DNA of 64,000 nt, from assembly GCA_951406725.2 (NCBI GenBank), contig OX597827.1:10602001-10666000 (forward strand). Direction: 5' to 3'. A program made the position numbers and the translations under genes. This stretch comes from Octopus vulgaris (Eukaryota). Below are positions 1 to 11,668 of this stretch, piece by piece (positions within the stretch are counted from its first letter, which is position 1; each line of letters begins with the position of its first letter). A model generated the notes under the pieces. It made no database searches. It had not been told where the DNA came from and was given only the letters and a program-made list of their open reading frames with translations.

Positions 1-28
1 CTTCTAGGCAGGCCACTTGTCAACTGAC

Positions 29-286
29 GTGGAGGCACATGGCTTAGTGGTTAGGATGTTGAACTCATGATCGTAAGGTTGTGGTTTCGATTCCTGGACC
101 AGGCAATGTGTTGTGTTCTTGAGCAAATCACTTCATTTCACGTTGCCCCAGTCCACTCAGCTGGCAAAAATTAGTAATCCTGCGATGGACTGGCGTCCCA
201 TCCAGGTGGGGAATTTCTACGCCACTGAAACCGGGAAACTGGCCCTTATGAGCCTGGCATGGCTCGAGAAGGAACATTTATTATTT
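29..286 (+). mobile_element. tRNA-derived SINE, family E (CCTGCGATGGACTGGCGTCCCATCCAGG central domain)
   Basis: A-box TGGCTTAGTGG, B-box GGTTTCGATTCC. 9-bp direct repeat TCAACTGAC at 20-28 and 287-295. Second copy at 38064. Confidence 0.8.
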
Positions 287-520
287 TCAACTGACACAGC
301 CAGATAGGACTGCTAGCTCGCTTTGCTTTTAGCCATTACCAATTCCTCATTATGTAGCTGGAGCCTTTCATACTCTCTTCCGTTTCAACATCAACCACAT
401 AAGATGTAACCACATTTGTATGACTTTTATCGAATCACATCCCCGTTAGTATGAACACTGTTATAAAAACTTGTTTAACTTTGACTTGATGCTGTTTGTC
501 ACACCTGTACATGCATCTTA

Positions 521-908
521 GGTGGAGGCGCAATGGCCCAGTGGTTAGGGCAGCGGACTCGCGGTCATAGGATCACGGTTTTGATTCCCAGACCGGGCGT
601 TGTGAGTGTTTATTGAGCGAAAACACCTAAAAAGCTCCACGAGGCTCCAGCAGGGGATGGTGGTGATCCCTGCTGTACTCTTTCACCACAACTTTCTCTC
701 ACTCTTACTTCCTGTTTCTGTTGTACCTGTATTTCAAGGAGCTGGCCTTGTCACTCTCTGTGTCACGCTGAATATCTCCGAGAACTACGTTAAGGGTACA
801 CGTGTCTGTGGAGTGCTCAGCCACTTGCACGTTAATTTCACGAGCAGGCTGTTCCATTGATTCGGATCAACCAGAACCCTCATCGTCGTAACCGACGGAG
901 TGCTTCCA
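521..908 (+). mobile_element. tRNA-derived SINE, family A, full length
   Basis: Head GGAGGCGCAATGGCCCAGTGGTTAGGGCAGCGGACTCGCG, tail AACCGACGGAGTGCTTCCA. TSD ACATGCATCTTA at 509-520 and 908-919. Near-identical copies at 13927, 46846 and 55111. Confidence 0.92.
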
Positions 909-1201
909 CATGCATCTTAACTCAAACAAGAACACAGGATTCCTGTCCACTCTTCATTAAAGAGTCAACCTTTGTGGAATTTGAACTCAGAACATAAAAG
1001 TGGATGAAACGCCACTAAGCATTTTCCCAACACACTCACAGTTTTGTCAGTTCACCACCTTAGTGAACCTTGGTAAGAGTAAATAATAATCTTACAATAA
1101 TTCTGCTTGTCATTCCGTTACTTCGACTGTCCATAATGATTCCACATGATTAGCTGTACAGAACCTTTTTCATTCACAGTTCTAGATTTAACAGAGGAGG
1201 A

Positions 1202-1364
1202 ATTATGTACATTATTTACATTCAATGGATATTTGTCCTCATCTTGTTTGTTGTTAACACAACGTTTCGCCTGATATACCCTCCAGCCTTCATCAGGTGT
1301 CTTGGGGAAACTTCAAACCTGGGTTCACATTCCTAAGGTATTTTCGATATTATTATTATTATTA

Positions 1365-1398
<34 letters not shown>

Positions 1399-1399
1399 C

Positions 1400-1430
<31 letters not shown>

Positions 1431-1570
1431 TCACTGTTTGGAGTTGAACTCAGAATCTTGGGGTTAATAGCCCGCATTCTTAACCACTATGCCATATGCC
1501 GAAACATTGTGTTAACAACAAACAAGATGAGGACAAATATCCGTCGAATGTAAATAATGTAAATAATGTA
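1202..1570 (-). mobile_element. Composite element: tRNA-like head + (ATA)n + hammerhead + tail, with an inverted copy of the tail at the 5' end
   Basis: 1202-1268 is the reverse complement of 1500-1570. tRNA-like head on the minus strand at 1427-1500 (TGGCATAGTGG, GAGTTCAACTCC). Partial second copy at 7620-7746. Confidence 0.8.
1256..1301 (-). ncRNA. Minimal type I hammerhead ribozyme motif
   Basis: Minus strand reads gacac-CUGAUGA-a-ggcug(10-nt loop)caggc-GAAACGUU-guguu. Stem I is 5 bp, stem II has one mismatch, stem III is the palindrome AACGUU. Confidence 0.75.
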
Positions 1571-2090
1571 CTTTTCCAAAAAATTTCTGGACCCACACAT
1601 AAACATGCAGGTGCATGATCATGCACCTGTATGTTTATGCATGGATCCAGGTATTTTTTGAATAATACTGGCAGGTGCCCATACATGGAAGTTTTCCCTC
1701 TCCACACCATCAATGTTTACCCAAAAGGAAAAGTTACCAATTTGGGTCGGCACAGCTTGGCACCAGTGTCATCAACGACATTGTTATCCAAGCACAAAGA
1801 GCTGGAATAGGTACCACAAGACGTTTTGTCTAATAACAGTTCTGCCAATCTATGATGATGGATTAGCACTGGGTTTTTTTTTTTTCGTTATCAGCCCTGA
1901 AAGATAAAAGGCAAAGTTGACCATGGTAGGATTTGAACTCAGAACATGGAGAACCAGAACAGTTGCTGAAAAACATTCTATTCAAATACTTTAACAACTC
2001 AAATGATATCCTACTAGGGGTGTGTCTATTCCGAGTGTGCTAGTTCTGCACTGCACACCCAAGAAAAATGGTAAACTCATTATAAATATT

Positions 2091-2345
2091 TATTTCTTAA
2101 TTGCCCACAGGAGGTTAAACATAGAGGGGACAAACAAAGTCAGACAAAGGGATTAAGTTGATTACATCAACCCCAGTGAGTAAATGGTGCTTATTTAATC
2201 AACCCCGAAAGGATGACAGGCAAAGTCGACCTCAGTGGAACTTGAACTCAGAACGTAATGGCAGACGAAATACTGCTAAGCATTTTTGCCCAGTGTGCTA
2301 ACGATTCTGCCAGCTTGCCACCCTAACTGTCAGCTTGCTGCCCTA
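2091..2345 (-). mobile_element. SINE family B (GGCGGCGAGCTGGCAGAA head; GCCTTTCATCCTTTCGGGGTCGAT core)
   Basis: Matches copies at 9297, 11108, 26024, 44111 and 58335. 18-bp TSD AAACTCATTATAAATATT at 2073-2090 and 2346-2363. Confidence 0.88.
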
Positions 2346-3189
2346 AAACTCATTATAAATATTAACCTTACTCATTAGTTTAATCACAAATCTTAATGGA
2401 AAACATTTGTTATGTCCCTGCTTGAAATTTGGTGGCACTGGGTGTGGCAGCATACCCAATACGACAACCATCATATGCCACTGTATCCTTCTAGCTTAGG
2501 TCTGCTCAATCAGTACTGACCTGGGGCTAAATAGCAGCAACAACGGTTATCGAATATTTGAGAAGCAAAAGAGGAAATGCTTTATTATGTTTAGTGGGTA
2601 CTTAAGAGACAACAAATGCTACAACATTGGAAATGTTGAAATTACACATTACTATCTGCTCTGGCTTCACTTGAGAAATTTATTTCAATATAGATTTATT
2701 GAAATTTTGAAAGTTTGCTCAAGGTTTTGGCTAACTCTTATAGAACACGTGTATATTAGCATAATAGAAAAAAATATATATAATCGGATAATAACACCCC
2801 ACCCTACAAAAAATAATAAAATAAACAACAGCAAATAGTCAAATAAATTTGTTAATGTACATTTATGTTGATAGAAATATATGTAAGTATGCAAACAAGC
2901 ATACATATTTATTTCTATGTACATGTATATACATATAAATATGTTTACATATATTACGATATGTTTGTGTGTATGAATGGCTATGCATATAATTTTAATC
3001 TTTAAAAAGCTTTACTTTTTCCTATTTGCATGCCATACGTAAATTTAGGATGTTGAACATAACATATTGAGTTTTTGATGTTCTGTGTGGTGTTGTTGTT
3101 ATGGACACCAATGAAACTATGAAACAGTGAACACACAGACACACTCAAACACATAAGCCACGCATCTATACACATACACGCATATTTTG

Positions 3190-3759
3190 ACACGGATACA
3201 TACATACATATATATGTGTGTGTGTATGTGTAAGTGTGTGTGTTTACGTATGCATGTGTGTGTGTGTATATCCATTTATGTGACTGTGTGCATGTGTTTG
3301 TGTTTGTGTAAGTATGTATGTATGTACAGCTATATAATTTACATTTCCACACATTTTCTGGAAAATTTTTTTTGTTTTGTCTTTTTTTTTGTATCTCAGT
3401 GAATTATCCATGACAAAATCTGTTTGAACGAAGAAAACTTATCATTAATATTGAATTTCAAATATTTTCATAGTGTCCCACCATCTCAGAGACCATCAAA
3501 TAAAATAAAAATTCATGGTGTATTTCTAATCCATGTGTGTGTGTGTGTGTGTGCATGCGTATGCTTGTTTGTATGTGTGTGTGTCCATGTGTGTGCACAT
3601 GTATATTTGTGTATAGATATATGTATATACATGCGTGTGCATATACATGTGCATATACATGTGTGCATATACATGTGCATATACATGTGTGCATATACAT
3701 ATATATATATATGTATTCAAATATCAAGGTGTATGTATGATTGTATATATATAGATGTT

Positions 3760-3794
<35 letters not shown>

Positions 3795-3982
3795 GTATGC
3801 ATGTATGTGTATATATGTTTGTGTGTATATATATATATGTGTGTGTGTATGTATATACATATGTATATAAACACACACACTCACAGGTATATACTTATGT
3901 ATATTATTTATATTATTATATGATTGAATGCCACGCATCTTTTTCCAAGTAAGTTTTAGCTATATACACACACACACACACA

Positions 3983-4045
<63 letters not shown>

Positions 4046-4112
4046 TACATAGAAATATATATCTATCTGTCTATCTTTCTGTCTATATATCTATTTATCC
4101 ATCCATCCATTC

Positions 4113-4169
<57 letters not shown>

Positions 4170-4428
4170 TACATAGAAATATATATCTATCTGTCTATCT
4201 TTCTGTCTATCTATCTATCTATTTATCCATCCAGCCATCCATATATATATATATATATATATATATGCATACATAAAAATAAATATCTATCAGTCTATCT
4301 TTCTGTCTATCTATCTATTTATCCATCCATCCATCCATATATATATATATATATGCATACATAGAAATATATATCTATCTGTCTATCTTTCTGTCTATCT
4401 ATCTATCTATTTATCCATCCAGCCATCC

Positions 4429-4459
<31 letters not shown>

Positions 4460-4600
4460 TACATAGAAATATATATCTATCTGTCTATCTTTCTATCTAT
4501 CTATTTATCCATCCATCCACACACACACATATATATATATATGAATATGCACATATATACTCAGATACACAAACTTGCTCACACACACACACACATCTCA
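3190..4600. repeat. Compound (TG)n/(TA)n/(CTAT)n/(CCAT)n microsatellite with about 5 higher-order units at 4042-4520
   Basis: Repeating GCATACATAGAAATATATCTATCTGTCTATCTTTCTGTC blocks separated by (TA)n. Confidence 0.9.
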
Positions 4601-4719
4601 GTATGTAAGTGTCATTTGAAGTAAGTTGATGGCATTTCATTTGTGATGTTGTGATTTAAATTACGCCACTGTCAGTTTGAATAGTTTAGCATGTCATGCA
4701 GAAACCAGCAGGTGCACAC

Positions 4720-4763
<44 letters not shown>

Positions 4764-4908
4764 ATGCACACACGCACATTATTATTATCCATTATAATGG
4801 CATCAATATTGTATTTCTTTTAGAAATACACTGAAGTAATACGAAAGATTCAAGAGGATTTTAATGAAACATAGGTACATGTCATTTTCGTATATGATTG
4901 ACTCAATT

Positions 4909-4994
4909 TCTACTGCTACTACTACTACTACTACTACTACTACTGCTGCTGCTGCTACTATTATTACTACTGCTGCTGCTACTTCTGCTGCTGT

Positions 4995-5054
<60 letters not shown>

Positions 5055-5450
5055 CAATACTACTATCACCACCAATAACAACACCACCATCAACACCACT
5101 ACCACTACAATTACCACCACCACCACCACCACCACTATCACCACCATCACTACAACTACCACCACTGACTTCCCACAACCACCACCACTACCCCCACAAC
5201 CACTATCACCACCATTGCAACTACTGCCACCACTGCAACTACCAACACCACTGCAACTACCACCATCACTGCAACTACCACCACCACTATCACCACTACC
5301 ACCCACACCACCACCATTTTTACTACTACTACTACCATCACCTCTACAAGTACCACAACCTCTACAACTACCATCACCACCACTACCACCACCACTATCA
5401 CCACCACCCCACTACCACCACCACCACCACTACTACTACTACTACTACCA
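4909..5450. repeat. (CTA)n/(CAC)n trinucleotide microsatellite
   Basis: Direct reading. Explains the overlapping poly-T/L/V/S ORFs. Confidence 0.95.
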
Positions 5451-5932
5451 TGATGACTTCTGCTCTTTGAAGCTTATCGATCTCATGCTGCCTTCTATTA
5501 TGAACTCCTGACTCACTTGTCCACGCTTCTCTTGTTCTCAAATTGGTTTCAAATTTTGGCACAAGGCCAGCAATTTCAGGTGATGGGGGTAAGGGCTGAC
5601 CTCAGCAATATCTAAACACAGAATGTAAAACGCCAATCAAAATGGTGTTGCCTTTAATAATAATGGTAAGAATACTGATTTCAAAATTTGGCATAAAACC
5701 AGCAGTTTCGGAGGAATTGGTTGGGTGGGGGTAATTTGATTACATCGACCCCCCCCAGTGCTCAGCTCATACTTATTTCATTGACCCTGAAAAGATGAAA
5801 GACAAAGTCAACCTTGGCAAGGTTTGAACTCTGAATGTAAAGACCTGGAAGAAATGCCGCTAAGTTATTTTTACCCGGTGTGCTAACAGTTCTGCCAGCT
5901 TGCCACTTTAACTATAATAAAAACAATAATAA

Positions 5933-6140
5933 TCATCATCATCATTTAGCGTCCGTTTTCCATGCTAGCATGGGTTGGACGGTTCAACTGGGGTCTGTGA
6001 AGCCGGAAGGCTGCATCAGGCCCAGTCAGATCTGGCAGTGTTTCTACGGCTGGATGCCCTTCCTAACGCCAACCACTCCATGAGTGTAGTGGGTGCTTAA
6101 TAAATTTCTATACTGCAAAGGTGCCAGACAGAGCTGGCAA
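5933..6140 (-). mobile_element. SINE/RTE-type retroposon, family D, 3' end with (GAT)n tail
   Basis: GGCGTTAGGAAGGGCATCCAGC...GGAAAGCGGACGTTAAACGATGATG motif shared with at least 10 copies in the window. Confidence 0.8.
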
Positions 6141-6367
6141 TAATAATAATAATAATAATAATAATAATCAAGTTTTAAAACAAACATAATTTTCGTTTTT
6201 TTTGTTGTTTTTTTTTTTGACATTCACTAGTACAACACAAAATACAAAACCAAATATATGGCACACTAGGCATAACAACATCACGAACTTCCAACCTGTT
6301 GTCTCTTGAGGTCTCTGGGTGAAACTTGGAGCCAACTTGTACAAATGTAAAGCAAAAGTCAAACATA

Positions 6368-6422
<55 letters not shown>

Positions 6423-6449
6423 TACAACAATAACAATAATAACACACAA

Positions 6450-6925
6450 CGCGAATACAAAAAGAGACATGACAATGTAGCTAGATATGTCCACTGGCTG
6501 TTGTGCAGTAAAGCAAACCTCAAGAGAGCCAAACAACGGAATGAACGTAATCCAGAGAGAGTAATGGAAAATGAAGATTACAAAATACTCTGGGATTTCC
6601 ACATGCAGTGCGACCAAGTCATAGAGGCTAGACAACCAGATGTTGTGCTCATCCATAAAGACGAAAAAGAAGTAAAGATAATAGATGCTGCAATACCAGG
6701 CGATTCGAGGGTGAAAGGTAAGGAAACAGAAATGATTGAGAAATACCAAGATAGGATGAGGTAGGAAAGTTCTGGGTTCATGAGGAAAGTAATGGTGATA
6801 CTGGTGGTAATTGGAGCCTTAGGAGCAGTTTCCAAGGGCTTTGAAAAACAAATTAAGAGCTGCAGCCGAGGAGATCCAGAAGTCAACATTGTTGGGTACA
6901 GCTTGCATTCTAAGAAAAGTATTGT
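6450..6925 (+). pseudogene. R4/Dong-clade non-LTR retrotransposon, restriction-like endonuclease domain fragment
   Basis: Translation REYKKRHDNVARYVHWLLC...KILWDFHMQCD..IEARQPDVVL..K...IIDAAIPGD...KE.E.IEKY, then a stop and V.VILVVIGALG. Contains the RHD and PD..D..K RLE motifs and abuts (TAA)n at 6369-6441. Confidence 0.88.
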
Positions 6926-7045
6926 CTCTTTGAACCACAGGAGAAGGCACTGCTTGAATGAAATCTTTAGTAATTTGTTATTGCTTGCTTTCAAGTAAAC
7001 AATAATCAGTATTTAAGAACAACCCATGAGTCTTTCATAACAGAC

Positions 7046-7546
7046 AAATTAATAAATTTCTATACTTAAAATTAATAAATTAATAAATTTCTATACTTAA
7101 AATTAATAAATTAATAAATTTCTATACTTAAAATTAATAAATTAATAAATTTCTATACTTAAAATTAATAAATTAATAAATTTCTATACTTAAAATTAAT
7201 AAATTAATAAATTTCTATACTTAAAATTAATAAATTAATAAATTTCTATACTTAAAATTAATAAATTAATAAATTTCTATACTTAAAATTAATAAATTAA
7301 TAAATTTCTATACTTAAAATTAATAAATTAATAAATTTCTATACTTAAAATTAATAAATTAATAAATTTCTATACTTAAAATTAATAAATTAATAAATTT
7401 CTATACTTAAAATTAATAAATTAATAAATTTCTATACTTAAAATTAATAAATTAATAAATTTCTATACTTAAAATTAATAAATTAATAAATTTCTATACT
7501 TAAAATTAATAAATTAATAAATTTCTATACTTAAAATTTCTATACT
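7046..7546. repeat. 31-bp AT-rich minisatellite, about 16 near-perfect copies
   Basis: Unit TTAAAATTAATAAATTAATAAATTTCTATAC. Confidence 0.95.
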
Positions 7547-7619
7547 CAGCGGTGGTGCCCCAGCATGGCCGTGGCCTTTGGGCAAAAACATTTTTAAGGA
7601 TTTAAGGAAAAGATGAAGA

Positions 7620-7746
7620 ATTATGTACATTATTTACGTTATTTACATTTGGCGGATATTTGTCCTCATCTTGTTAGTTGTTAGCACAATGTTTCGGCTG
7701 ATATACACTCCAACTTTTATCAGGTGTCTTGGGGAAATTTCGAACC
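7620..7746 (-). mobile_element. Truncated copy of the 1202 hammerhead element with a decayed core (CUGAUAA)
   Basis: Aligns with 1202-1318. Stem II 3' arm is CAGCC. Confidence 0.8.
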
Positions 7747-7924
7747 TTTAGTCAAACAAATCAACTCCAAGACTTATTCTTTGTAAGCCTAGTACTTATT
7801 CTATCGGTCTCTTTGCTGAACCACTAAGTTACAGGGATATAAACACACCAACATCAGTTGTCAAGCGATGGTCGGGGAGCCAACATAGACACACAAATAC
7901 ACACAAATACATACATACATATAT

Positions 7925-8531
7925 ACCAAACATCCAGTCAACATGGGGCTTGAAGTGATCACTAGTGATGGCAAAGTTATGCCTCCATTCATCTTCCCAC
8001 ATGGCCTCAGAGTCAACATGGAAGCCCACATCAGATGCCTGGAGGAGGCAGTACTGCTCTGGATCAAAAGAGTGGCTGCTGGAACACCTCATGTCTGGCA
8101 ACAGGACTCTGCGCAATTACACACAAGCAGGAAAACCCACTCATTGCTGTCAGACAATTTCTGTGACCATATCACCCCTAACATCTGACCACCTTACTCC
8201 TCAGACTACAATCCCCTTGATTATTATGTGTGGAGTGCAGGTGAGCAAGAGACCAACAAAATTCCTTGTAACACCAAAAATGAACTGATGGCAAGGATTA
8301 TGGCAGCATTCACCAACTTAAACAAGGAGACCATCCAGAAGAATTGCAGGAGGTTCTGAAGTCGTCTGGAGGCCATGATTTAAGGCAATGGTGATTTTAT
8401 TGAATAAATTTGCTCTTTAGTATTTCAAGATATTTTTCTGTAATTTTGATAAATATATCTGTTAAAATGAGATGTCAGTGTTATTTTCATTTTTGTGTAA
8501 CTTCAATGACAATATATTCACAGCACTCTGT
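7925..8531 (+). pseudogene. Tc1/mariner superfamily DD37D (maT) transposase remnant with right end
   Basis: G.VMPPFIFP.GL.VN...WQQDSA...NI*PPYSSDYNPLDYYVW...GDFIE*. 37 residues lie between the D of QDSA and the D of NPLD. In-frame stops are present. Ends ...CACAGCACTCTG-TA. Confidence 0.9.
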
Positions 8532-8542
8532 ATATATATATA

Positions 8543-8795
8543 TCATCATCATCATCATCATCATCATTTAGCGTCCGCTTTCCATGCTAGCATGGGTTGG
8601 ACGGTTCAACTGGGGTCTGTGAAGCCAGAAGGCTGCATCAGGCCCAGTCTGATCTAGCAGTGTTTCTATGGCTGGATGCCCTTCCTAACACCAACCACTC
8701 CTGAGTGTAGTGGGTGCTTTTTACGTTCCACCCACACAGGTGCCAGACGGAGCTGGCAAACGGCCATGGATGGATGGTGCTTTTTACGTGCCACA
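8543..8795 (-). mobile_element. Family D retroposon
   Basis: (CAT)n on the plus strand followed by the family D body. Confidence 0.85.
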
Positions 8796-9154
8796 TCGAT
8801 GGATGTATGGATGGATAGATAGATAGATGGATGGATGGATGGATGGATGGATGGAGGGATGGATGGATGGATGGATGGATGGAGGGATGGATGGATGGAT
8901 GGATGGATGGATGGATGGATGAATAGATTGATAGATAGATAGATATATAATTTAATGATACGTTATATTAACCTCTTAAAGAGATGATTGCATCCAAAAA
9001 AACACTAGTTCTATACCTAATGTTTTTGGGAAATACAATTTCTCTAAATCAATAGGTATATATTGAGTATATAATCTTTATTCAATTAAGAGAAGAAAAG
9101 AAAATGGACAGCTGAAAGTTAATAATTATTTATTAATAAATTGATAATTCTTAC

Positions 9155-9250
9155 TTCCTACAGTTGTTTCCATTTGTGCTCTTTAAATACATTACAAATT
9201 TATGCTTTAAATTTGAATTTGTAAGATATGAGCAAAATATCATCAGGGAT
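9155..9250 (-). ncRNA. Type I hammerhead motif with extended stem II
   Basis: ucc-CUGAUGA-uauuuugcuc...uuacaaauu/aauuuguaa...gagcacaaaug-GAAAC-AACU-GUA-gga. Confidence 0.65.
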
Positions 9251-9296
9251 AAAGTTATACATTAAAAAATTACATGTTGACCTCTTACTTAATACC

Positions 9297-9529
9297 TATT
9301 TCTTTACTACCCACAAGGGGCTAAACACAGAGGGGACAAATAAGGACAGACAAAGGGATTAAGTCGATTATATCGATCCCAGTGCGTAACTGGTACTTAA
9401 TTTATCGACCCCGAAAGGATGAAAGGCAAAGTCGACTTCGGCGGAATTTGAACTCAGAATGTAGCGGCAGACGAAACACCGCTAAGCATTTCTCCCGGCG
9501 TGCTAACGTTTCTGCCAGCTCGCCGCCTT
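9297..9529 (-). mobile_element. SINE family B, full length
   Basis: Reverse complement of the 11108 copy. Confidence 0.9.
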
Positions 9530-9740
9530 CTTAGTTTATACCAGTAGACTAAATAAATGGGGTTATTTCATTTTTATTTTTGTGTGTGTATGAGAGTTAA
9601 AGGATTAATTTGAATATAATAAAAAAAAATAAAGTATAGAATATAATTAAAAAAATAAGGAACTGGTGGGCCCAGTGCTATAGCGGAAAACACTTGCCCA
9701 AGGTGCCACACAATAGAACTAGACCCAAAACTATGTGGCT

Positions 9741-10192
9741 GCTGTGCCATCTTGGGACACATTCGATAATTGTGGCCTAGAATATACAATAAAGTTGGAG
9801 TGGTCAAGTCAAGGCTTGACCGTCTTTGATCCCAGTTCTGTTCAAGGACTGCCCAAGGTGTGTGTGTGTGGTGGAGTTGAGCAGTGCTATCTTGGGATAC
9901 ATTGGATAATTGTGGTCTAGACTATACAAGAAAGTTGGAGTGGTCAAGTCAAGGCTTGACCGTCTTTGATCACAGTTCTGTTCAAGGACTGCCCAAGGTG
10001 TGTGTGTGTGGTGGAGTTGAGCTGTGCTATCTTGGGATACATTGGATAATTGTGGTCTAGACTATACAAGAAAGTTGGAGTGGTCAAGTCAAGGCTTGAC
10101 CATCTTTGATTAGTTCTACTCAAGGACAGCCCAAGGCGTATATCTGTGTGTGTGTATGTGTGTGTGTGTGTGTGTGTGTGGTGGAGTCGAGC
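9741..10192. repeat. 140-bp tandem repeat x3
   Basis: Units start at 9741, 9881 and 10021. Each carries the hairpin GGTCAAG-TCAAGG-CTTGACC and a (GT)n run. Confidence 0.92.
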
Positions 10193-11107
10193 AACATCAA
10201 CAAGGAAAGCTTTCAGTAATGCTCTAACAACCTAAGAGGTTAAAGGCCATTACTAACCATATCTAGTGGGAAGCTATTAGTAAAACAAAAAAAAAAAATC
10301 CAAGCTGATGTTATTTGTTACTTTGAAGCCATATTTCTAATCAATCAAACTACTTTTAATCCCTGACAGTTTCATACCATGAGACATGAAGGAAGCAAAA
10401 ACAAAAACAAAAACAAAAAACAAAAAAAGAAAATGGAAAAAGAATTTCTTACGGTGTCTTGCTCTTGAAGAAGAATGCGTTCACTTGTAAAAGAAATAAA
10501 TAATTCTTAACAAATTAATATGGAACTTTCACCTTCTCAATCAAAGAAAAATGTCTTAATCATTCAATAATTTCTTTTTTTGTTTTACTTTCTAGTTTCA
10601 CTTCATAAAAAAATATATATTAAAGGAAAAGAAAAAGAAGTAAAATATTAATTCACATGATGTCAGCTATTAACATTCAATATCATAAAAAAAAACAACA
10701 AGAAATAAACTTGTAATATTTAGTCTACAGCAACAGAAACCTTTTAGAGTAATGCGACTGCGTTAAAGAATATTTTTTTAACATGTTTCCAAGGGAGACA
10801 ACCAATACAATATTTATGATTTTCTTTTTGGGTTTTGGAAATTTGAAATTATAAGGTCAATTCAACCTACCTGTGCATTGGACAAATTAGACTATATGCC
10901 TGCATCTACATTACATACTGAGTTCAAATCCTGCAACAGTTAATTTTGCTTTTTATCCTTTCAGAGACCAATAAAATAAAATAGCAGTCAAGTATTGGTT
11001 TTGATTTAATATTCCTAAATGTGAATGAAATCACAATGAAATAAGTTTATACTTACATAGAATAAAGAGAGACAGGTATGACGTCAGAGAATGAAGAGAG
11101 ACAGGTA

Positions 11108-11342
11108 TAAGGCGGCGAGCTGGCAGAAACGTTAGCACGCCGGGCGAAATGCGTAGCCGTATTTCATCTGCTGTTACATTCTGAATTCGAATTCCGCCGA
11201 GGTCGACTTTGCTTTTCATCCTTTTGGGGTCGATTAAATAAGTACCAGTTACGAATTGCAGTCGATGTAATCGACTTAATCCGTTTGTCTGTCCTTGTTT
11301 GTCCCCTCTATGTTTAGCCCCATGTGGGTAGTAAAGAAATAG
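11108..11342 (+). mobile_element. SINE family B, full length
   Basis: AAGGCGGCGAGCTGGCAGAAACGTTAGC...GTGGGTAGTAAAGAAATA. Confidence 0.9.
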
Positions 11343-11668
11343 GTATGAAGTCAGAAAAAGAAAGTCAAATTCATAAAGTATTGGTTTGAAATTTTGTCAC
11401 AAGACCAGCAAGTTCAGGGGAGGGGATAAGTTGATTTTATCGACCCCAGTGTTTAACTGGTACTTATTTCATTGACCCCCTAAAGGATGAAAGGCAAAGT
11501 TGACCTCAATGGAATTTGAGACCACCTTGTTCTGTTGAAATTATTGACTGAGTTTTTTTTAGTTAATTTACCTGTAATCTGAATGGTATGTCTATAACTT
11601 GCATTTGGTGTTTCAGATAACTATTCTCTGTGATACAGCTTATATTCTATCAAGACATTTAGTCACTA

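Noticed and set aside
521-595. SINE heads as functional tRNA genes
   Set aside because: No complete acceptor stem or T-run terminator. They continue into a SINE body bounded by TSDs.
606-860. Recurrent MVVIPAVLFHHNFLSLL ORF (also 14058, 46893, 55244)
   Set aside because: It lies inside SINE family A. Frames differ among copies, so the recurrence reflects repeat identity.
4803-5511. Thr/Pro/His-rich ORFs
   Set aside because: Trinucleotide microsatellite translation, open on both strands.
7046-7546. Regular 31-bp repeats as a CRISPR array
   Set aside because: No unique spacers, no cas genes, eukaryotic context.
11571-11640. Minus-strand CAG|GTAAAT donor preceded by about 24 open codons
   Set aside because: No clear acceptor, and an in-frame stop lies just upstream.
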